From: Tubiluchus corallicola
Lineage: Eukaryota > Animalia > Priapulida
DNA: 15,339 bases
Assembly: GCA_030141605.1 (NCBI GenBank)
Contig: JAQGDQ010002089.1
Location: 1 to 15,339 of the forward strand
Reading direction: 5' to 3'
In this document: positions 9,764 through 15,339 of the stretch, in pieces
Layout: the number at the start of each line of letters is the position of its first letter
Numbering within the stretch: the first letter of the stretch is position 1
Position numbers and translations under genes: made by a program
Notes under the pieces: generated by a model
Told to the model about the DNA's origin: nothing
Seen by the model: the letters and a program-made list of their open reading frames with translations, nothing else
Database searches by the model: none

Positions 9764-9839
9764 ATGTCTGTTTGGGTTTGTAAACCGAATGACTTCATTG
9801 GAATCTTATTCATTTTGCTTACTATTGCAAATGAACAGA
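9764..9839 (+). CDS. Gene 2 first coding exon: signal peptide (MSVWVCKPNDFIGILFILLTIANEQ)
   Basis: ATG with A at -3 and hydrophobic core FIGILFILLTIA. Donor A|GTAAGT at 9840 is phase 1 and joins 11654 in frame to give ...ANEQMA-QDFEYVGC. Confidence 0.75.
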
Positions 9840-10065
9840 GTAAGTATGTGAACTTGAAAAAATAGGTGAGAGAGAGTAAGGAGATTCATCGATTGTTTGA
9901 TTCGTATCTTGATCAAATGTAGTTTTTCGATTTGCGTTTGAATTCGATTTAGTTTTCGCTAAATTTGATTTTATTATTACGAGTATCGAGTTGCATGTAT
10001 GTTAAGTGTTGAGAATGTTCTGCGTGTGAATGAATTACATGCATAATTGCAGTCGATTTTGTCAC

Positions 10066-10735
10066 TTATAAGCAAGTATTAAAATCTTAAAATTGTATAC
10101 TTTTTATAAGTAAGTATTAAAATCTTAAAATTTTATACTTTTTATAAGTAAGTATTAAAATCTTAAAATTGAATACTTTTTATAAGTAAGTATTAAAATC
10201 TTAAAATTTTATACTTTTTATAAGCAAGTATTAAAATCTTAAAATTTTATACTTTTTATAAGTAAGTATTAAAATCTTAAAATTGAATACTTTTTATAAG
10301 CAAGTATTAAAATCTTAAAATTGTATACTTTTTATAAGTAAGTATTAAAATCTTAAAATTTTATACTTTTTATAAGTAAGTATTAAAATCTTAAAATTGA
10401 ATACTTTTTATAAGTAAGTATTAAAATCTTAAAATTGTAAACTTTTTATAAGCAAGTATTAAAATCTTAAAATTGTATACTTTTTATAAGTATTAAAATC
10501 TTAAAATTGAATACTTTTTATAAGCAAGTATTAAAATCTTAAAATTGAATACTTTTTATAAGCAAGTATTAAAATCTTAAAATTGAATACTTTTTATAAA
10601 TAAGCATTAAAATCTTAAAATTGAATACTTTTTATAAGTAAGTATTAAAATCTTAAAATTGAATACTTTTTATAAGTATTAAAATCTACAAATTGTATAC
10701 TTTTTATAAGCAGGTATTAAAATCTTAAGATTTTA
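10066..10735. repeat. Very AT-rich intronic minisatellite, 38-bp unit, ~17-18 copies
   Basis: Unit taagtattaaaatcttaaaattgtatactttttataag (aaaatctt at 10081, 10119 and onward). Two copies, at ~10490 and ~10675, lack 4 bp. Confidence 0.95.
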
Positions 10736-11147
10736 ACGCACTTGACAGACTTTTTTCGGAAATATTGCCAAAAATAGGACCTGCAGTGAGTGACTGATAG
10801 TAGAGAATTGATTTCTTAATGTCGTGTTAAATTTTCATTCGAATTAGGCTTGTTTTAAATTCGAAGAGGCACGTTAAATTTAATTTCATTCCGGTATCAT
10901 TTTTAATAATAAATATAAGTCCTAGTTATGAGACAGAGATTACTGGCATATGACAAAAAGCAGCCTAGACACGACTGCTGGTGCAGTGCCTCGTCATAGA
11001 AAATGGTCGTTAATAATTTGTGTCCCTCCACAACAATCTAAGCAGTTTAGTGCAGAATTCCAACTTGTTGAGTGTCGAGCTTTAAAAATACAGGCGTCGT
11101 GAGACTGAAATAGAAAAATCCCTGTTTGGTGGTTTGTTCATTGTCGC

Positions 11148-11541
11148 TAGGGGTGAGCATCGAACGCTGGAATTCGATTCGAACGAGTTTTTTTAGTTCG
11201 AACACAATTCGAATCCAAAACTATAGATTCGAATGATTCAGTATGTTCCTGATCATTAAAACGATTGAAACATGATACAATTAGCATAATTTAGCTGTCA
11301 TTTCTGCGCACAACTTTAAGCAAATTACTAGTCGTTTTCTTGCAGAACAAAATCTAGTGATATGCACGATCTTTGTACGACTAATTTATACTGGTGGTTC
11401 GAAAACTAGTTCGAAAATTGTTCAATCTTAATTCGAATTCGGTTCGAATTCGAAACACTGAAGTTCGGTTCGATTCGAATTCGAAAGTCACAAATTCGGT
11501 TCGATTCGAATTTGCTTTCTGGTAGAGAATGCTCACCCCTA
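11148..11541. mobile_element. hAT-type MITE (Ac-like), 394 bp
   Basis: Perfect 13-bp TIR taggggtgagcat / atgctcaccccta. The 8-bp TSD attgtcgc (11140-11147) vs attgtcac (11542-11549) matches at 7/8. Dense ttcga/ttcgaa subterminal motifs lie at both ends. Confidence 0.88.
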
Positions 11542-11653
11542 ATTGTCACTATAACTCTTGTCATTAAGAATCCGTCTGTATTCAGAAACCTCTTTGCAAT
11601 ACATAATAAAGCAACATTATTATATATTATATATTTTTATTACATATTTTCAG

Positions 11654-11959
11654 TGGCTCAAGACTTTGAGTATGTTGGTTGTCACTCTTCTGAAAACTCA
11701 GCGGGCGATGCCGATTTCCCCACGCGTTCTACAACTGCGAACAGGACGAGTCCCGATGGATGCATGACAGCGTGCTTCAGTGAAGGTTTCCCGTACGCCG
11801 CTCTGCAGAAAGGGGCGAGCAGCGTCTTCTCCTGTTTCTGTGGCGTGAATTACGGAAAGATGGGTCCAGCCAGGACTGCAAATGACTGTACTGAGTGTGT
11901 GCAAGGTTCTGCGTTATTGTGTGGCAGTGTTGGATTTAATGCCGTGTACAACACCGGAT
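11654..11959 (+). CDS. Gene 2 exon: WSC domain 1
   Basis: Acceptor ttttcAG at 11653 and donor T|GTAAGT at 11960; 306 nt, phase 1-1. Motif YVGC...SPDGCMTAC...GFPYAAL...CFCG...CTEC...CG...AVY has the 8 Cys of a WSC domain. Confidence 0.92.
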
Positions 11960-12299
11960 GTAAGTTCGTTTAATATTATAACATAATCTTTGTTTAAAGT
12001 CGGCTTTTTCGATCAATGTTTAACATAAATTCCGAAGAACTTTTGGGCCAACTATAAATATCAATTATACTAGTACTTCATCATTGTTTTGGAAACTATT
12101 TTTATGGGCACATACCTGAGCTTCACTATGACAATGGAACTGTCACTTGTCAGCAAGTTTGGTTCACAGTTGTGTTCATTGTGTAAATGAGAGAAATGAA
12201 GAAGAAAAATGCGAAAAAAATCAGAAAAATGCAAAGATTCGGTTTATTTGTGCTAACATACTTCCTTTTAGCCAGTGTGTAATACGTATATTTTGCTGT

Positions 12300-12405
12300 C
12301 AGTTAATCTTGATTAATTGAATTACTATTCAATCACCAAATAAATTGATTTATACTTGTTTCTAATTGCGATTAATTTGATTAATCTATTAATCGCCCAT
12401 CGCTA
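12300..12405. mobile_element. Probable single-end remnant of a hAT-like element
   Basis: Clustered gattaat/ttaatc motifs end in ttaatcgcccatcgcta (reverse complement tagcgatgggcgattaa, resembling Ac-type TAGGGATG termini). No partner end was found. Confidence 0.4.
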
Positions 12406-12440
12406 GTATCAAGAGAGAGTATCAAGGGTTTTACATAAAG

Positions 12441-12896
12441 CAGGGGTGTGCAAATTGCGGCCCGCCGAGAGAATTTGTGCGGCCCGCGAAGAGATTTGTC
12501 AACCTAATGAAAGTGCGGCCCGGGTGATTAATTGAGTGTATCCAGCTGAAGTCCGTGCCACGATCCCAAAGATAGTGCGGGTAGTTTTTTCTACTAGATC
12601 GGATGCCATTAACCCTCACAAGACGGTTGTAGCTTAATGTCACTGTACTACACAGACTGTGTGATACACATTACTAATATGCATTGTAATGAAATTACCA
12701 CTATCTGTCCTGAAAGTAGAGATATATGGTTTGTAATATAAATTTTAATAACTTCTAAAATAGTTTCTTGAGTGTAGTAAAATATCGTTATTAGGTCCTA
12801 CTGTACTTGCCTCCTTGACCAAACTGCCTATGGCCCGTGGGAATTGCGGGAAAGTGTAATGTGGCCCGGCTAGTCAGATAATTTCGCACACCCCTG
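12441..12896. mobile_element. hAT-type MITE (Buster/Charlie-like), 456 bp
   Basis: TIR caggggtgtgc(aaat) / (atttc)gcacacccctg, 11 bp perfect. The 8-bp TSD acataaag (12433-12440) vs acataaaa (12897-12904) has a central TA. Repeated ggcccg subterminal motifs lie near both ends. Confidence 0.9.
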
Positions 12897-12983
12897 ACAT
12901 AAAAGTGTTTAATTAAACTCACAGTGTAATTGTGTTACACTTATATCTCCAGGTTGTATTAATGTCAATTATTGGTTTTGCAG

Positions 12984-13307
12984 TGTTTAACAGCACGAAG
13001 CTTGAATTCAGAGGATGTTTTGAGGACAAGTACACTGGGAGAGTTCCATCGGGAAAGACCTCCTCCCCATACGACTGCCTACAGACGTGTAGGACAAAAA
13101 ATCAGGGATATAAACCTCCGTTTGACAGCAGGGATTCGGCCTCGTCGGAATGGATTGACGTTTATGCGATGTTTGACAGGAATACTAAGTGCTTCTGTGG
13201 TGACTTCAGCTTTGTGTCGTGGTCAAGGTGCAGTCCTTGCGCTTCACAGCAGGCCGGATTCTGTGGTGATCATGATGAGAAAATTAGTGCAGTTTACAGC
13301 ATCGGAG
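12984..13307 (+). CDS. Gene 2 exon: WSC domain 2, with a loop insertion
   Basis: Acceptor ttttgcAG at 12983 and donor GAG|GTAAAA at 13308; 324 nt, phase 1-1. Motif FRGCFED...SPYDCLQTC...VYAM...CFCG...CSPC...FCG...SAVY. Confidence 0.9.
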
Positions 13308-13514
13308 GTAAAATTAACCAAGAGTTTTAGTAAAAAGCTAAATAAAATAAAATGAAATGAAATGTATTGTGAAAGTTATGTTTGAGGTTGTAGATGAATC
13401 ACTTTGTAGAACAAGAATAAACAACTATACTACATATTTGCACAAAACTGAAAAGTGTTTATTAGACTACATGCACATATGTTGAATGACTGCTACACTG
13501 CACAGTGAGAACAA

Positions 13515-13654
13515 GAGTGTCCTGCACTGACCACTGAGAGTGAGAGTGTCCTGCACTGATCACTGAGAGTGAGAGAGTCCTGCACTGATCATTGAGGGTT
13601 AGACAGTAACATGATTAGCACGACCTCTGCACTGATCACTGAGAGTTAGACAGT
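13515..13654. repeat. Short tandem repeat, 29-bp unit, 3 copies plus one displaced copy
   Basis: cctgcactga(c/t)ca(c/t)tgag at 13521, 13550 and 13579, and again near 13627. Confidence 0.8.
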
Positions 13655-13745
13655 GACTAGAAAGTAAATCCAGTCAGTATATATAGGTATAGGTGGCTAT
13701 GCAGACTTGGCTTCACAAAAACCATTACTGTAAAATAGGGAGAGA

Positions 13746-13771
13746 TCCAGTGAATATGCATATTCACTGGA
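13746..13771. other. Perfect 26-bp palindrome
   Basis: tccagtgaatatg|catattcactgga is its own reverse complement. Confidence 0.9.
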
Positions 13772-14314
13772 CCGTACAATTATACTGGGGGTGAGTTTAG
13801 CTAGTAAAATGTAAAAGGATTAGTTCATAGATGGCAGCACCTAAAATTATACAGTTACAATTTCCACATGTACATACATATTTGGCATCAGATTATGAGT
13901 AATGCACAAAATTTGTCAACACATCATTCCTTTGATCACATTGAAACCTGAATGACAGGTATAAAAAACTAGGATGCTAATATTGAAGCCAGATGTCACC
14001 ACTTTACAGGTAAGAACAGGTAAGTCACCCTAATGCACACTGGACTATTATTAGTTATATTATTAGAACAAACACAATTAGAAGTTATAATAACAATATT
14101 ATAAATTATTTAGTAAACGAAAACCCGCAACAAGAATCAACCTAAAAACGAATTTTAATTTAATTTTTCCTGCCTACCCTATATAAATGCTTTGCGTGTG
14201 TCAAAAATTTAATATTTGAATAAAATTGTATGAATTGAATTGAAAATTGAATTGAATTTAATCTTCGGGTTGCAAGACTTTATGTTTTTTACATTTGAAA
14301 CTTTGCTTTTCAAG

Positions 14315-14605
14315 TACCAGCAATTTGGTTCTACCAGGGATGCTTCTGGATTTCCGACACATCCACGGCTTTTGCAGTCAACAGCTCCACTACATTTGGT
14401 ACTCAGTGTCGGATCGCATGCCGGAAGTATGGATTCTATTTCGCATTTGCTGTTTCGGTTTCCGGATCCAATCAGTGTCAGTGTGGGAATGACTACCCCT
14501 TCTACTCTTTCTCCTCCAACTGTAAGCTGTGTCCAGCTGTTTGGCAAGAGCCGTTGGAAATGTGTGGTGGTGCGGACAATGCTGCTGCAGTGTATTATAC
14601 GGAAA
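14315..14605 (+). CDS. Gene 2 exon: WSC domain 3 (absent from the ORF track)
   Basis: Acceptor ctttgcttttcaAG at 14314 (or an in-frame cAG at 14320) and donor A|GTAGGT at 14606; 291 nt, phase 1-1. Translates as (V)PAIWFYQGCFWISDTSTAFAVNSSTTFGTQCRIACRKYGFYFAFAVSVSGSNQCQCGNDYPFYSFSSNCKLCPAVWQEPLEMCGGADNAAAVYYTE. Confidence 0.92.
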
Positions 14606-14673
14606 GTAGGTATATAGATTTTTGCTCTTTTTAATGTTTTAAATGTAATAATGCTGTTATGTCAATGACGACT

Positions 14674-15339
14674 TGTGCAAAAAGCATGATTTCAGTTGTG
14701 CAAAAATCACAATTTCAAAGTGCAATAACCATGGTTTCAAAAGTGCAAAAGGCATGACTTCCATTGTGCAAAAAAGATCATTTCAGTTGTTTAAAAAGCA
14801 TGACTTCTGTTGTGCAAAAAACATGACTTCTGTTGTGCAAAAAACATGATTTCAGTTGTTTAAAAAGCATGACTTCTGTTGTGCAAAAAACATGACTTCT
14901 GTTGTGCAAAAAACATGATTTCACTTGTTTAAAAAGCATGATTTCAGTTGTTCAAAAAGCATGAAGCTTCAGTTGTTTAAAAGGCATGACTTCCGTTGTG
15001 CAAAAAACATGATTTCAGTTGTGCAAAAAACATGATTTCAGTTGTTTAAAAAGCATGACTTCTGTTGTGCAAAAAACATTATTTCAGTTGTTTAAAAAGC
15101 ATGATTTCAGTTGTTTAAAAAGCATGATTTCAGTTGTTCAAAAAGCATGAAGCTTCAGTTGTTTAAAAGGCATGACTTCCGTTGTGCAAAAAACATGATT
15201 TCTGTTGTGCAAAAAACATGATTTCAGTTGTTTAAAAAGCATGACTTCTGTTGTGCAAAAAACATGATTTCAGTTGTTTAAAAAGCATGATTTCAGTTGT
15301 TTAAAAAGCATGATTTCAGTTGTTCAAAAAGCATGAAGC
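14674..15339. repeat. Intronic minisatellite, ~23-bp unit with a 186-bp higher-order period, running off the window
   Basis: Unit catga(t/c)ttc(a/t)gttgt(gc/tt)aaaaa(a/g), with catga at 15240, 15263 and 15286. The variant catgaagc occurs at 14960, 15146 and 15332. Confidence 0.95.

Noticed and set aside
11512-11653. N-terminal extensions of ORFs 11512-11973 and 12932-13330 as signal or TM segments
   Set aside because: They are intronic read-through (MITE end and pyrimidine tracts) upstream of clear acceptors at 11653 and 12983.
14209-14617. ORFs 14209-14547(-), 14240-14617(+) and 14295-14492(+)
   Set aside because: These are wrong frames. The real exon uses the third + frame and encodes a WSC domain.

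Overview
AT-rich, intron-containing eukaryotic DNA, most likely from an invertebrate animal (GT-AG introns, a (CCCTAA)n tract, hAT- and Mutator-type MITEs, a decayed LINE). The species cannot be named from the sequence. Two + strand spliced genes can be rebuilt by hand. Gene 1 is the 3' end of a membrane protein, with exons 147-270 (transmembrane helix), 1365-1397, 1732-1776 and 4132-5015. Its predicted cytoplasmic tail has a basic cluster, seven 23-aa Ser/Arg repeats and an ITIM-like Tyr motif. Gene 2 is the 5' end of a secreted or cell-surface protein: a signal-peptide exon (9764-9839) followed by three WSC domains, each on its own phase 1-1 exon (11654-11959, 12984-13307, 14315-14605). The third WSC exon is missing from the ORF track, and the gene runs off the window. 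Non-coding DNA holds five large minisatellites, three complete MITEs with readable TIRs and TSDs, a LINE 3' remnant, a SINE-like head and a perfect 26-bp palindrome. Most ORF-track entries are artefacts of repeats or introns. I found no CRISPR array or other prokaryotic system. The best leads are the repeat-built signalling tail of gene 1 and the atypical WSC array of gene 2.
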